From an uncultured Christensenella sp. (GTDB taxonomy: Bacteria; Bacillota; Clostridia; Christensenellales; Aristaeellaceae), in assembly GCA_964584685.1 (NCBI GenBank), contig CAZPBJ010000012.1, positions 1 through 52,593 on the forward strand: a DNA stretch of 52,593 nucleotides, given 5' to 3'. The translations under genes were made by a program, and so were the position numbers. Shown here one piece after another: positions 18,369 to 28,740 of the stretch; positions within the stretch are counted from its first letter, which is position 1; every line of letters starts with the position of its first letter. The notes under the pieces are model-generated. The model was given only the letters and a program-made list of their open reading frames with translations, did not search any database and was not told the DNA's origin.

Positions 18369-19574
18369 ATGCAAGTGGCCAAAATCTGTGCCGTCATGAT
18401 GTGCGCGCTGCTTCTCACAGGCTGCGGGGGCGCGTCAGATGCCAAGGAGGATATCACAGTGCCAAAGATGAGCTACACACAAAAACCGCTCCCGGACCCG
18501 GAATCGTTCCGCTTTGCGCAAACGCTGAAGGTCGGCTGGAATCTGGGCAACACTTTTGACGCGAACAATGTGCCCCGGGCAAAGGATGACTTGGCGTATG
18601 AATGGGCCTGGGCCGGGGTCCCCACGGATCCGCGCGTGTTTGACCTCCTCAAGCAAGCCGGCTTTGGCGCGGTCCGCATCCCCGTGTCATGGCACAACCA
18701 TGTATCAGGTGACGACTTTATCATTTCACCCGCCTGGCTTGCGCGCGTAAAGGAAATCAGCGACGCGGCGCTGGACAGGGGCCTGTATGTCATCATCAAC
18801 ACGCACCATGACATCGCGGAAGGGTTCATATATCCCGACAGCAAGCACCTTGAAAGCTCCAAACGCTACCTGGGCGCGATATGGCGCCAGCTGTCCGCTG
18901 TATTTCGTGACTATGATGAGCGGCTGATCATGGAAAGCATGAATGAGCCGCGCCTGGCCGGCACGAAACTGGAATGGTGGCTGGACCCCAAGGACCCGGC
19001 CAGCCGGGACGCTGTGGTGAGCATCAACGCGCTCAACCAGATGTTTGTCGACATCGTGCGCGCGTCCGGCGGCGGGAATGCCTCGCGTTACCTGCTGGTG
19101 CCGGGTTACGCCGCGTCGGTGCAGGGCTGCCTGCACGAAGCCTTTGAAATGCCGGCGGATTCGGCCGGCACCGCAGACAGGCTCCTGCTGTCCGTGCACG
19201 CGTATACGCCCTATGACTTCGCGCTGCAGTCAAGCAAGGAATCAGGCAGCCGTGAAAAGTTCAGCGTGGATAACCCCTTTGACGTCAATGAGATCGCCGC
19301 CTTTATGGACAGCCTGTACCAAAGGTCGGTTTCACTGAAGGTCCCCATCGTCATCGGCGAATTTGGATGCCGTGACAAAAACGGTAACCTCCAGGCCAGG
19401 GTCGATTTTACAGCGGTCTATACCGCCCTGGCGCGGGCACGGGGATTCAGCTGTTTCTGGTGGGACAACCACAGCTTCACCGGAGACGGGGAGCTGTTTG
19501 GGATACTGGACCGAAAAACCTTCGCCTTTGTACATCCCCAAATCGTTGATGCCCTGATATCCAACGCAAAGTGA
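18369..19574 (+). CDS. glycoside hydrolase family 5 lipoprotein (endo-beta-1,4-glucanase/xyloglucanase-like)
   Basis: Lipobox LLTGCGG. GH5 motifs VGWNLGNTFDA, NEP (acid/base) and GEFG (nucleophile). Confidence 0.85.
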   Translation: MQVAKICAVMMCALLLTGCGGASDAKEDITVPKMSYTQKPLPDPESFRFAQTLKVGWNLGNTFDANNVPRAKDDLAYEWAWAGVPTDPRVFDLLKQAGFGAVRIPVSWHNHVSGDDFIISPAWLARVKEISDAALDRGLYVIINTHHDIAEGFIYPDSKHLESSKRYLGAIWRQLSAVFRDYDERLIMESMNEPRLAGTKLEWWLDPKDPASRDAVVSINALNQMFVDIVRASGGGNASRYLLVPGYAASVQGCLHEAFEMPADSAGTADRLLLSVHAYTPYDFALQSSKESGSREKFSVDNPFDVNEIAAFMDSLYQRSVSLKVPIVIGEFGCRDKNGNLQARVDFTAVYTALARARGFSCFWWDNHSFTGDGELFGILDRKTFAFVHPQIVDALISNAK

Positions 19575-19582
19575 GGAACATG

Positions 19583-20698
19583 ATGAAAAAGAGTGTCTTG
19601 CCGCTGCTTCTTTGTGCCTTGATGATGATTGTGCCGCAGGTTTCGGCAAAGGAGACCGCCAATATGCCCGACTTGACCAAAGGCTCCTCTTCGCAGGAGA
19701 TTCCAAGCCTGAAAACCCTCTATGCCCCTTACTTTGACTTTGGCTGCGCGGTTGGCGCAAGAGCGGCGATGAACCCGGACACGATGGCCTTCTATTCTAC
19801 CCAGTTCAGCATCATGACACACGAAAATGAGCTGAAGCCCGACGCTGTGCTGGATCTGACGGCATCCAAAAAGCTGAGCAGGGATGACCCGGCTGCCGCC
19901 GCCGTCCGCCTGGACGCGGCAAAGCCCTTGCTGGATTACGCAAGCAAACACGGCATCAAGGTGCATGGGCATGTGCTGGTATGGCACAGCCAGACGCCGG
20001 AAGGTTTCTTCCGTGAAGGATATGACGCGGCAGGGGCCTTTGTCACCAGGGAAACCATGATCGCCAGGCTGGACAATTACATCCGCCGGGTTTTCGAGAC
20101 GACGCAAAGCCTGTATCCCGGGCTGATCGTATCCTGGGATGTAGTCAACGAAGCGGTGGATGACGCGACGGGCAAACTGCGCCGGAGCAATTGGACAAAA
20201 GTGATCGGCGATGATTTTGTGCTTGAGGCCTTCCGCATCGCGCGCAAATACGCGCCACCGGGCGTCAAGCTGTATTACAATGATTACTCAACGCCTTATG
20301 AGCCCAAGCTTACAGGCATATTGAAGCTGCTGGGCGAACTTAAGAAAGCCGACACCATTGACGGCTATGGTTTCCAATGCCACTACCAGATGAATACTCC
20401 GGGTATCCGCCAGATTCAAAACGCCATGGACAAGGTCATCGCCCTTGGGCTTTCCCTGCGCATGAGCGAAATGGACATCCTGATAGACGCGAACACCCCG
20501 GAGAAGCTTGAAGCTCAGGCAAAGCGCTACGGCGAGATCCTGGAACTGTTCCGCCAGTACAAAGACAATATCACCGCCGTGCAAACCTGGGGCGTGACGG
20601 ACAACCTGAGCTGGAAGGCAAGCCAATTCCCGCTGCTGTTTGACGGGCAAAGCCGGCCCAAGCCCGCGTTTTATGCCATCGCGGATCCTTTGAGATAA
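19583..20698 (+). CDS. GH10 endo-1,4-beta-xylanase (secreted)
   Basis: Signal peptide MKKSVLPLLLCALMMIVPQVSA. GH10 motifs WDVVNEA and SEMDI, WGVTD. The ORF-track GTG 19571 overlaps the SD, so the ATG at 19583 is preferred. Confidence 0.85.
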   Translation: MKKSVLPLLLCALMMIVPQVSAKETANMPDLTKGSSSQEIPSLKTLYAPYFDFGCAVGARAAMNPDTMAFYSTQFSIMTHENELKPDAVLDLTASKKLSRDDPAAAAVRLDAAKPLLDYASKHGIKVHGHVLVWHSQTPEGFFREGYDAAGAFVTRETMIARLDNYIRRVFETTQSLYPGLIVSWDVVNEAVDDATGKLRRSNWTKVIGDDFVLEAFRIARKYAPPGVKLYYNDYSTPYEPKLTGILKLLGELKKADTIDGYGFQCHYQMNTPGIRQIQNAMDKVIALGLSLRMSEMDILIDANTPEKLEAQAKRYGEILELFRQYKDNITAVQTWGVTDNLSWKASQFPLLFDGQSRPKPAFYAIADPLR

Positions 20699-20711
20699 GG
20701 TTCGGCAGTCA

Positions 20712-21359
20712 ATGAGAATCAAAAACATGCGCCTGTCCGTCATCTTCAAGCTTATCCTGGTCCTGGCAGCGCTGCTGGGCATTTTGATCCAGATCGGCCT
20801 GTTGGGCGGCGAACTGCGTCTGTCTGTCCTGAACTACTATACGCTGATGAGCAATACCCTGTGCCTGGCCTACTTCTTTGCCGCGATGGTGTATGAGGCA
20901 AACAGGGGCGGCACGCTGCTGCCCGCGCTCAAGGGAGCCGTGGTGCTGGGCATCACCATTACGGGCCTTGTGTATCACTTTATGCTGTCGGGCAGCTTTC
21001 AGATGCAGGGCACCCTGTCCCTGTCAAACATGCTGCTCCACTATATTGTGCCGGTCATGGCCGTCATGGACTGGCTGCTGTTCAGCCAGAAAGGCCGCTA
21101 CTCCCGGAAATCCCCCTTTATTTGGCTCCTTGTGCCCGACGGCTACTTTATCTATGCCGTCATACGGGTAGCGCTTGGGGCAAGCCTCGGTTACGGCGGC
21201 AACCGCTATCCCTACCCGTTCCTCAATGCCGATGCCCTGGGCTGGCGGCAAGTGCTGATCAACGGTGCGGTATTGAACCTGTTTTTTGTTGTGCTGGGCT
21301 TTGTGTTTGTCATTCTTGACCATCTGATGGCACGCAAAGCCCCCGCTCGTGATATTTGA
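20712..21359 (+). CDS. hypothetical integral membrane protein (6 TM)
   Basis: 215 aa, hydrophobic helices throughout, no recognisable catalytic motif. Confidence 0.55.
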   Translation: MRIKNMRLSVIFKLILVLAALLGILIQIGLLGGELRLSVLNYYTLMSNTLCLAYFFAAMVYEANRGGTLLPALKGAVVLGITITGLVYHFMLSGSFQMQGTLSLSNMLLHYIVPVMAVMDWLLFSQKGRYSRKSPFIWLLVPDGYFIYAVIRVALGASLGYGGNRYPYPFLNADALGWRQVLINGAVLNLFFVVLGFVFVILDHLMARKAPARDI

Positions 21360-21361
21360 TA

Positions 21362-23584
21362 TCAAGCCCTGTGCGTCACCACACTGCAAGGCTTTTTGCT
21401 GTCGGTATCAACAGTGACCTCACTGCCCTTGATATGCAGCAGATAGGTGGCGGCGGTGTTGCCCTTCAGGTCCGGAATGGACAGCTTCAGTTCTCCGTCC
21501 TTGGGCTCATACACATGCAGCGTGACGCCGTCGGTGTAGTCATAGTCAGCCCGGCTGTCCACAGCGCCTATGGGGATGACAACGTTTTCCCTCACCATCA
21601 GGGGCAGGGTCATAAAGCCGTGCACCTCATGGCGCCAGGCACCTCCCCGGATTACCTCGCCTGTAAGCAGATTGGTCCAGCGGCCTTCGGGCAGATAATA
21701 GTCCACATGCCCGTCCTCATGGAATACCGGCGCGACCAGCAGATCGGCCCCAAGCATGTACTGCGTATCCAGGGTTTCACACGCGATGCTCCTGGGGAAC
21801 TCGAATGTCATGGGCCGCAGCAGGGGGATGCCCGTTTCGTGCGCCTCGACAGCCGCGCCGTAGAGATAGGGCATCAGGCCGCACTTTAGCCTTGAAAAAG
21901 TACGCAGCACGTCGCAGCTCTCCTCATCAAACAGCCACGGCACGCGGTAACTGGACGAGCCGTGCAGGCGGCTGTGGCTGCACAGCAGGCCAAAGGCAGC
22001 CCAGCGCTTGTAAATATCCGCCGGCGCGGTCTGCTCAAAACCGGCAATGTCGTGGCTCCAGAATGCGAAGCCGGATTGGCTGATGGACAGGCCCGAGCGC
22101 AGCGTTTCCGCCATGCTGACGTAGCTGGCGCTGCTGTCGCCGTTCCAGTGGATGGGGAATTGCTGGCAGCCTGCCGTGGCGCTGCGGGCAAACAGGACCG
22201 CTTCCCCTGTGCCGCGCTCCCGCTCAAGCAGGTCAAAGACCATCTTGTTGTACAGATAGGTATAGTAATTGTGCATCTTCAGAGGATCGCTGCCGTCATG
22301 CCAGACGATGCCCTTTACCGGGATGCGCTCGCCGAAATCCGTCTTGAAGGCATCGACGCCCATGTCCAGCAGCTCTTTGAGATGGCCGGCAAACCAGGCG
22401 CGCGCCTCCGGGTTGGTCACATCCAGGATGCCCATGCCGGCCTGCCACATATCCGTCTGCCAGACATCCCCGTTGTCCTTTTTGATGAGAAAACCCTGCG
22501 CCATCCCCTCCGTAAACAGGCGGCTGGCCTGGGCAATGTAGGGATTGATCCACACACAGGTGCGCAGTCCGCGCGCTTTCAGCCGCGCGAGCATCGCTCC
22601 GGGATCCGGGAATGTCCCGTCGTCCCAGCGCAGGTCTGTCCAGTTGTAACCCTTCATCCAGAAGCAGTCAAAGTGGAACACGCCCATCGGGATCCTGCGG
22701 CTGATCATGCCGTCAATAAAACTGCTGACGGTCGCTTCATCATAGCCGGTGGTAAAGCTGGTAGACAGCCACAGGCCAAAGCTCCAGGCCGGCGGCAGCG
22801 CTGGCCGGCCGGTCAGGGCGGTGAAGCGCTCCAGAATGCCCTTGGGCGTACCGCCGAAGATGACGTCGTACACCAGTTTTTCACCCTGCAGGCTGAACTG
22901 GACGCGCTCCACCTTCTCGCTGCCTGCCTCATAGCTGACGTCGCCGCTGCTCTCCACAAAGACGCCGTAGCCGCGGTTTGTCATGTAAAAAGGCACATTC
23001 TTGTAGGCCAGTTCGCTTGCCGTGCCGCCGTCTGCGTTCCACATGTCAACGACCTGACCGTTTTTGATGTAGGGTGTAAAGCGCTCGCCCAGGCCGTAGA
23101 CGCGCTCGCCCACATCCAGATCAAGCGAGTCGACCATGTAGCTCCTGCCGCTCTCCTTGTGCCGGGCATGCGCCATGCCGTGGTACTGCGACTCGGTCAG
23201 CCTTTTGCCGCCGCCAGAATAGGTCACGCGCCAGCCGCGTTTCTTTTTGCTGATGGAAACTGTCAGGGCGCCGCTGGTGAAGGTATAGCCGTCCTCATTT
23301 TCAGTGACCACAGGCTTTACGGGCGCTTCATACAGTTCAAATTCAGGGCCTCGGCTGAGCGCGCCGCGGAAATGCTCCACCGTGACGCGGATGATGTCCT
23401 TCATGGGCGCGGTGAAAGTCACTGTAAGGGCCGCGCTGTTGAGGATATCACCACGATGATTGACAGGTACGGTTGGGCAAAGGATGCTCAGGGAATCCTC
23501 CGTCATCTGCGCCCGGTAGCTTTCGATGGCGTAATGCAGGTCAAACTCAGGCTTGATCACCCAGTAACCGTCCGTGAATTTCAT
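21362..23584 (-). CDS. GH31 alpha-xylosidase (YicI-like)
   Basis: N-terminus MKFTDGYWVIKPEF parallels E. coli YicI MKISDGNWLIQ. GH31 catalytic region (WNDMWQ-type, FKTDFGE). The ATG at 23584 is chosen over the ORF-track 23620. Confidence 0.85.
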   Translation of the reverse strand: MKFTDGYWVIKPEFDLHYAIESYRAQMTEDSLSILCPTVPVNHRGDILNSAALTVTFTAPMKDIIRVTVEHFRGALSRGPEFELYEAPVKPVVTENEDGYTFTSGALTVSISKKKRGWRVTYSGGGKRLTESQYHGMAHARHKESGRSYMVDSLDLDVGERVYGLGERFTPYIKNGQVVDMWNADGGTASELAYKNVPFYMTNRGYGVFVESSGDVSYEAGSEKVERVQFSLQGEKLVYDVIFGGTPKGILERFTALTGRPALPPAWSFGLWLSTSFTTGYDEATVSSFIDGMISRRIPMGVFHFDCFWMKGYNWTDLRWDDGTFPDPGAMLARLKARGLRTCVWINPYIAQASRLFTEGMAQGFLIKKDNGDVWQTDMWQAGMGILDVTNPEARAWFAGHLKELLDMGVDAFKTDFGERIPVKGIVWHDGSDPLKMHNYYTYLYNKMVFDLLERERGTGEAVLFARSATAGCQQFPIHWNGDSSASYVSMAETLRSGLSISQSGFAFWSHDIAGFEQTAPADIYKRWAAFGLLCSHSRLHGSSSYRVPWLFDEESCDVLRTFSRLKCGLMPYLYGAAVEAHETGIPLLRPMTFEFPRSIACETLDTQYMLGADLLVAPVFHEDGHVDYYLPEGRWTNLLTGEVIRGGAWRHEVHGFMTLPLMVRENVVIPIGAVDSRADYDYTDGVTLHVYEPKDGELKLSIPDLKGNTAATYLLHIKGSEVTVDTDSKKPCSVVTHRA

Positions 23585-23634
23585 GATGAGATCCGCTCCT
23601 TCATGTCTATGATGATACATTCACCGGTTTAAGG

Positions 23635-24105
23635 TCAAAGCTCCCCGCCGCATTGGTCGCAGAATTTCGCGTCCTCCCTATTCAGGGCTTTGCATCTGCG
23701 GCAGCGCAGCATCACTTGGGGTTCAGCTTCTCCGGCATTTTCTCCGCCGTTTGCCTTGAACGCTTCGACAGCGTCCCGCGCCATGCCGCCGATGGCACCG
23801 GTATAGGGCGCAAGGTCTTCCCTGGCTTTTTGCGGGTCAAGCACCATGCCGGAGCCGGCTAAACCCCTTGCCCCGACGTGCCTGAGGAAGCCCCCGGCAA
23901 TGATCAGGATAATCCCAACAATGCCGCGAAGCATGAACGCGGGCCCAATATTAAAAGCGGCAGGATTGCCAAAGCCCGTCGCGGTGCTCAATAATCCAGA
24001 CAGGAAAAGCAGCAGCCCGATGCCGATCAGCGCCATCCCGCCGTAATAGAGTGCTTTGCGCTGGGGAGAGATGTCCTTGCTACCCTTGAATTCCCGGTAT
24101 TTCAT
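23635..24105 (-). CDS. small membrane protein with C-terminal zinc-ribbon
   Basis: Two TM helices, then CRRCKALN..CDQCG (CxxC-x12-CxxC). Confidence 0.55.
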   Translation of the reverse strand: MKYREFKGSKDISPQRKALYYGGMALIGIGLLLFLSGLLSTATGFGNPAAFNIGPAFMLRGIVGIILIIAGGFLRHVGARGLAGSGMVLDPQKAREDLAPYTGAIGGMARDAVEAFKANGGENAGEAEPQVMLRCRRCKALNREDAKFCDQCGGEL

Positions 24106-24237
24106 AGCCTTGCTCCTCTTGTATCATGACGTGATGGACCCTTGAAACCAAGTTAATGATATCACCTTTTGCGCAGGTTCTGTTGCTTTGTCCGGGAATT
24201 ATCGGCTGGGATGGATTGCTGTCACGCAGGCTGTCAA

Positions 24238-25707
24238 TCAGGTAACTGTCACCTTCAGTACCAGCGGCAGATCGCTGCTTATGCTGCCCAGCCTGACGGT
24301 GAGGGCTTCATCGTCGCGTTGCCACTCCGGCTTTTCGTCATAGCCCAGCACCTGAACCTCTGTGATGATGCCGTGGAACAGCGGCAGCCTGCCGGCATCG
24401 GCCTCGCGCAGGCTCTTGACGCGAAGCACGCCGTCCTGGGGGCAGACCATGGCAATGGCATAAATGCTGCCGCCCCGGCAGGTAAAGCGGAAATCCTCGG
24501 AGGTGAAACTGCGCGCGACATTGTCGCTGAACTGCCCTTCCCGGATGACGGTAGGGCCTTCCTGCGCCAAGCGCCACAGGCCTGCGCCATGGATGGCCTC
24601 ATCATTGCGCTTCATCCAGGCGCCCAGGGCGCTGAGGATCCCGTGGTCCTGCTCTGTGAAGGTGCCGTCCGGTTTGGGGCCGAAGTTGAGCAGCAGGCGG
24701 CCGTTCTTGCTTACCACGTCAACCAGGTCCCAGATGATTTCCCGCGGGGGCTTGTAATCCCCCCGCGCGGAATAGCACCAGCTGTTGCGCATGACGGATG
24801 TGTCGGACTGCCACAGGAAGGGTTTTGCCTCGCTGAACTGGCCGCGCTCGATGTCCGGCACGGCGCAGCCAAAGGGGAAGGCGTCGTGCTTGTAGTTGAT
24901 CACGCAGCCGCCCCACTTCTCCGCCCGGTTGTAATAGTAGGCAGCGAAACGCAGCAGCCAGGGTTTCACCGCGCTGTGCTGAATCCACCAGTCAAAGTAG
25001 AGGATGCGCGGGTGGTACCGGTCCACGATCTCGCAGCAGCTCAGCAGCCAGTCGTCCAAATACTCCGTATCGGGCTCCGGCCGGCTGAACAGGTCCTGAT
25101 GATCCTTGGGCTCGGGATGCGCGGGCCAGTAAAGGTCGCCCTGCTGCAGCGGCTCGCGCACGTCGCTGTCAAACTCGCGCCCGTGCCCCATGAACCACCA
25201 GTGCTCCACCCGGTGCGAGGAGGCGCCGATGCTCATGCCGGCCTTATCGGCTTCCTTGAGCAGGTCGCCAAGCAGATCGCGGCGGGGACCCATTTCCGCG
25301 GCGTTCCAGTGGGAAAGCTCCGAGCCGTAAAGTTGAAAGCCGTCATGGTGCTCAGCCACCGGCACGATGTAATCCGCACCAGCTTGAGTAAACAGCCTCA
25401 CCCACTCCTGCGGGTCGAACTTCTCCATGGTGAACAGCGGGATGAAATCCTTGAAGCCAAACACCTTCTGGTGGCCGTAGTGAGCCAGGTGGTACTCATA
25501 CTCAGGGCCGCCCCGGATGTACATATTGCGGGCATACCAGTCATGATAGGCAGGCACGGAGAACACGCCCCAGTGCAAAAAGATGCCCAGCCGCGTTTGC
25601 GCGTACCACGCGGGAATGGGATGGGCGGCCAAGGATTCCCAATTGGGATGGTATGTGCCCTCGCGGTTCACGCGGTCGATCTCTTTCAGATACGCTGTAC
25701 GGTCCAT
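24238..25707 (-). CDS. GH29 alpha-L-fucosidase
   Basis: GH29 hallmarks (GADYIVPVAEHHDGF, YFDWW, catalytic Asp region). The internal ATG at 25707 carries the SD AGGAAG. Confidence 0.85.
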   Translation of the reverse strand: MDRTAYLKEIDRVNREGTYHPNWESLAAHPIPAWYAQTRLGIFLHWGVFSVPAYHDWYARNMYIRGGPEYEYHLAHYGHQKVFGFKDFIPLFTMEKFDPQEWVRLFTQAGADYIVPVAEHHDGFQLYGSELSHWNAAEMGPRRDLLGDLLKEADKAGMSIGASSHRVEHWWFMGHGREFDSDVREPLQQGDLYWPAHPEPKDHQDLFSRPEPDTEYLDDWLLSCCEIVDRYHPRILYFDWWIQHSAVKPWLLRFAAYYYNRAEKWGGCVINYKHDAFPFGCAVPDIERGQFSEAKPFLWQSDTSVMRNSWCYSARGDYKPPREIIWDLVDVVSKNGRLLLNFGPKPDGTFTEQDHGILSALGAWMKRNDEAIHGAGLWRLAQEGPTVIREGQFSDNVARSFTSEDFRFTCRGGSIYAIAMVCPQDGVLRVKSLREADAGRLPLFHGIITEVQVLGYDEKPEWQRDDEALTVRLGSISSDLPLVLKVTVT

Positions 25708-25731
25708 ACAGGGCTTCCTTTCTGAAACGCC

Positions 25732-25762
25732 AAAGCACACAGACCCGTCCCGTGTGTTTTGC
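25732..25762 (+). repeat. REP-like palindromic element, copy A (AAAGCACACAGACCCGTCCCGTGTGTTTTGC)
   Basis: Matches copies at 31541-31575 (inverted) and 32445-32475 at about 26 of 30 positions. Lies between the LRR gene stop and the fucosidase start. Confidence 0.6.
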
Positions 25763-25772
25763 TGTCTTCACC

Positions 25773-28343
25773 CTACTCCATCGTGAAATCCTTGTTCTCA
25801 AGCCAGGGATAGATTGACACTATGGGTGAAAAATCCTTGATGTTGTTGCCATCCAGATACAGGGCTTTAAGATTCGCGAGGTTCTTGAGCGCGTCAATTT
25901 TCGTCAGTTTATTGCCCCCGACATTCAGGTCATTCAGGTTCACAAGCTCCTTGAGCGGAGCGACGCTCGTGATCTGGTTGCCATACGCCTTCAGGTATTC
26001 CAGCTTCGTCAGTCCCGACAGTTTCTTGATGTCCTTGATTTTATTCCAACTGATGTCCAGCCTTTTCAGGTTGATGAAATACTCGATCCCGCTGAGATCG
26101 GCAATCTGCGAGCCTTTGGGGAACTTATCCTGATACTCGTTGCCCAGGTACAGTTCCTCTGCCATCGCCGCGTCCCCGGCGGTGATTTTGCCTTCCGGCT
26201 TGCCAATTGCTTCGCGGATGCGCCGCTCCATTACTTTGTCTGGGATCTTGATGGCTTTGTCCGGGTCCTTGGGCTGGGCAAGCGGCTCCAAGGATTTGCC
26301 GGGCTCAAAGTCCTTCTCCATCAAGCGCCCGAAGATGCCCTCGAACCCGCTCGTATCCCCGGACGGGTTGTTGCTGATGAAGAGTACGCTTAGCTTGTTC
26401 AGACCAAACAAAGGGCTGAAATCCATGATCTGATTGTTTGCCAGATTCAGCCGTTCCAGTCCCGCAAGGGCTTGAAGCGCAGAGACGTCCGTTATCTTGT
26501 TGCCTTTCAATTCCAGCACGACAAGCTGCTGAAGGCCGCCAAGGGGAGCAATGTCTGTCACGGCAGAATCACAGACACTCAGCACGCGAAGCTTGGACAA
26601 TCCGGCAAGCGGCGCCAAATCGCTGACCCCCGAACCGAAGATATGCAGCCCCTCCAGGTTCAGGCATTATTTCAACACGGAAATATCGCTCACCTGGCTC
26701 CACATCTCATCTGTGCTTCCTGCGATTTTCCCAATCCTGCTCAGGTCGCCCTGCGTCAAAGGCCTGTCAAAGATCCCCGTGGCTTCGCGCAGGATGCCCT
26801 CCAGAACGATGTCTTTGATTTCGATTGCTGCATCCGGATTGTCCGGCTTCAGCGGAACCTGCACGTCAAACACCTGGCCAAGCTCAAAATCCTTTTCCTG
26901 CAGCTTCGGATAGATAGCCCCAATCGGAGAATAATCCTGAATCGGGTTGTTGGCCAAGTTCAGCTTAATCAGGTTGCCCATACCGGAAAGGGGACTCAGG
27001 TCGGTAATGTAGTTATCCGAAAGCTCCAGCCGGTACATGTTCGTCATGCCGGCCAGCGCGCCGATATCCTCAATGCCGCATCCGCCCGCGTACAGGTGGT
27101 CAATTTTCGTCAGCCCCGCCAGAAGGTTTAAGTCAACAAGCGGAATGCCGCCAAGGTGCAGCGAACGCAGCGACGTGAGGCCGGACAAGGGGCTTATGTC
27201 CCTGATGCCGTTTCCGAATAGGGTCAGGCTCTCCAGGCGGGTCAGGCCCGCCAGCACGCTGATATCGCTGAGGGCATTTCCGCCCAGTTCCAGACGCGTC
27301 AATTCCCAGAGGCCGGAAAGGGGGCTGATATCGCCGATGGCGTTGAACATCGCTTCCAGTTCCCGCAGGTTGATGAAATACCCAATTCCCGTCAAATCCC
27401 TGATCTGAACCTCCTGAGGGATCTGCGGCATCCATTCATTGGACAGCGCGAGTTTCGTGACCTTCGCCGCATCCCCCGCAGTGATATCCCCCTGTGGGAT
27501 GTTCAGCGCCTTGCGGACCTTCATTTCCATCACCGGGTCGGGAAAAGTGACAACCGCGTCCGGGTTTTCCGGCTGCGCATACTCAACATACTCAAAGTTC
27601 CGGCCCAGCAGCTTTGGATACAGCTCCTTGATGGGTGTGTAATCCTCGATTGGGTTCCCCTGCAGGTAAAGTTCAGTGAGCGGCAGGCCCGAAAGCGGCG
27701 TCAAATCCATTACCAGGTTCCAGCTCAGGTCCACCGCTTGAAGCGTCGGGATTTGCGCAAGCACGCTGATATCGCTCACCTCGCCGCCCAATGAGCAAAA
27801 TACCCTCAGCTTTTTGAGCTGCGCGAGTTCCTCCGGCAGCTCCAGGCAGCCGTCAATACGCAGTTCTTCCAGCGCCGTCAGACCGCCGATAAAGCCGACG
27901 TCCTGCATGCGGGCGCTGAAGCCCAGCCCTGCCAGCTTCGTAAGTTTCCCCAGCGGCTCCAGGCTCTTCAGCGGATTCTCCATCAGCCACAGCTGCTGAA
28001 GCTTCGGCATTTCCGCCAGCACCGAAACGTCGCTCACCAGGTTGTTGTCCAGCTTGATGCCGATAAGATTAGGGAAATACCTCAGGCCGGTCAGGTCCCT
28101 GACGCGGGTGTCCTCCGGCGAGTTCGGATCGGCGTTGCCATCCAGCCATTCCACCTTCTCGGCATCCTCCGCGGTAATGGGTCCTTCGGGCTTGTTGATC
28201 TGCCTGCGCACGAGGGCTTCCAGCGCAGGGTCAGTTATGACAATCTCGCCGCTGATCGTTTGAGCATCAGCAGCCGGCACCCATGCTCCATGAATGCTCA
28301 GCGTCACAAACAGAACCAGGATGGAAGAAATCAGCTTTTTCAT
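25773..28343 (-). pseudogene. modular leucine-rich-repeat (internalin-like) surface protein interrupted by an in-frame TAA
   Basis: A 558-aa ORF with signal peptide and a 281-aa ORF are in the same frame, separated only by TAA at 26667-26669. LRR periodicity continues across the stop. Four modules each begin with a conserved I.D..LE...R..I.KPEG.IT..D cap and end with a PI..IYP.L..KDFE motif. Confidence 0.7.
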
Positions 28344-28630
28344 ATCTATTTTGCCTCCACATTAATATGACTGCTTTGTTCCGGTATCAAAACGTCAATC
28401 GAGAATACAACACCCCTTGCGCTCTCACTGCCCTCGTCAGGCAAGACTGGTCCCATAAAAAACAGCATCAAAACACAATGCACTCCAATGCCTTGCTGCT
28501 CAAAACACTTCTGCGATAATAGCATATTTGTATGTGCGCGTCTAGTGAAAAGTATGTCATGGACATAAAAAATCAGTATTTGAACGGAAAGGGGTGAGGC
28601 TGATGTAAAAAAAACGGGACATTGTCACCA

Positions 28631-28659
28631 TTGCATGAAACAGAAATTTATGGTACATT
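28631..28659 (+). promoter_or_regulatory. candidate sigma-A promoter for the flotillin gene (TTGCAT-17-TACATT)
   Basis: Hexamers read directly from sequence at 28631-28636 and 28654-28659. Confidence 0.25.
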
Positions 28660-28740
28660 GTCAAAGAATTAATTAATGCCGGCTGACCCCACGGCTATTC
28701 ACGGATTTTGGTGTCATCTATAAAAGAGAGGGGTCTTCAT

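Noticed and set aside
16919-18457. 512-aa minus-strand ORF opposite the solute-binding-protein gene
   Set aside because: Antisense to a gene with clear signal peptide, SD and SBP motifs. The translation is Arg/Gly/Val-rich and featureless.
21962-23632. 556-aa plus-strand ORF opposite the GH31 gene
   Set aside because: Ala/Arg/Gly-rich with no motif. The GH31 reading frame on the other strand has clear family motifs.
24169-25725. 518-aa plus-strand ORF opposite the GH29 fucosidase gene
   Set aside because: Same reasoning: an antisense artefact of a high-GC coding region.
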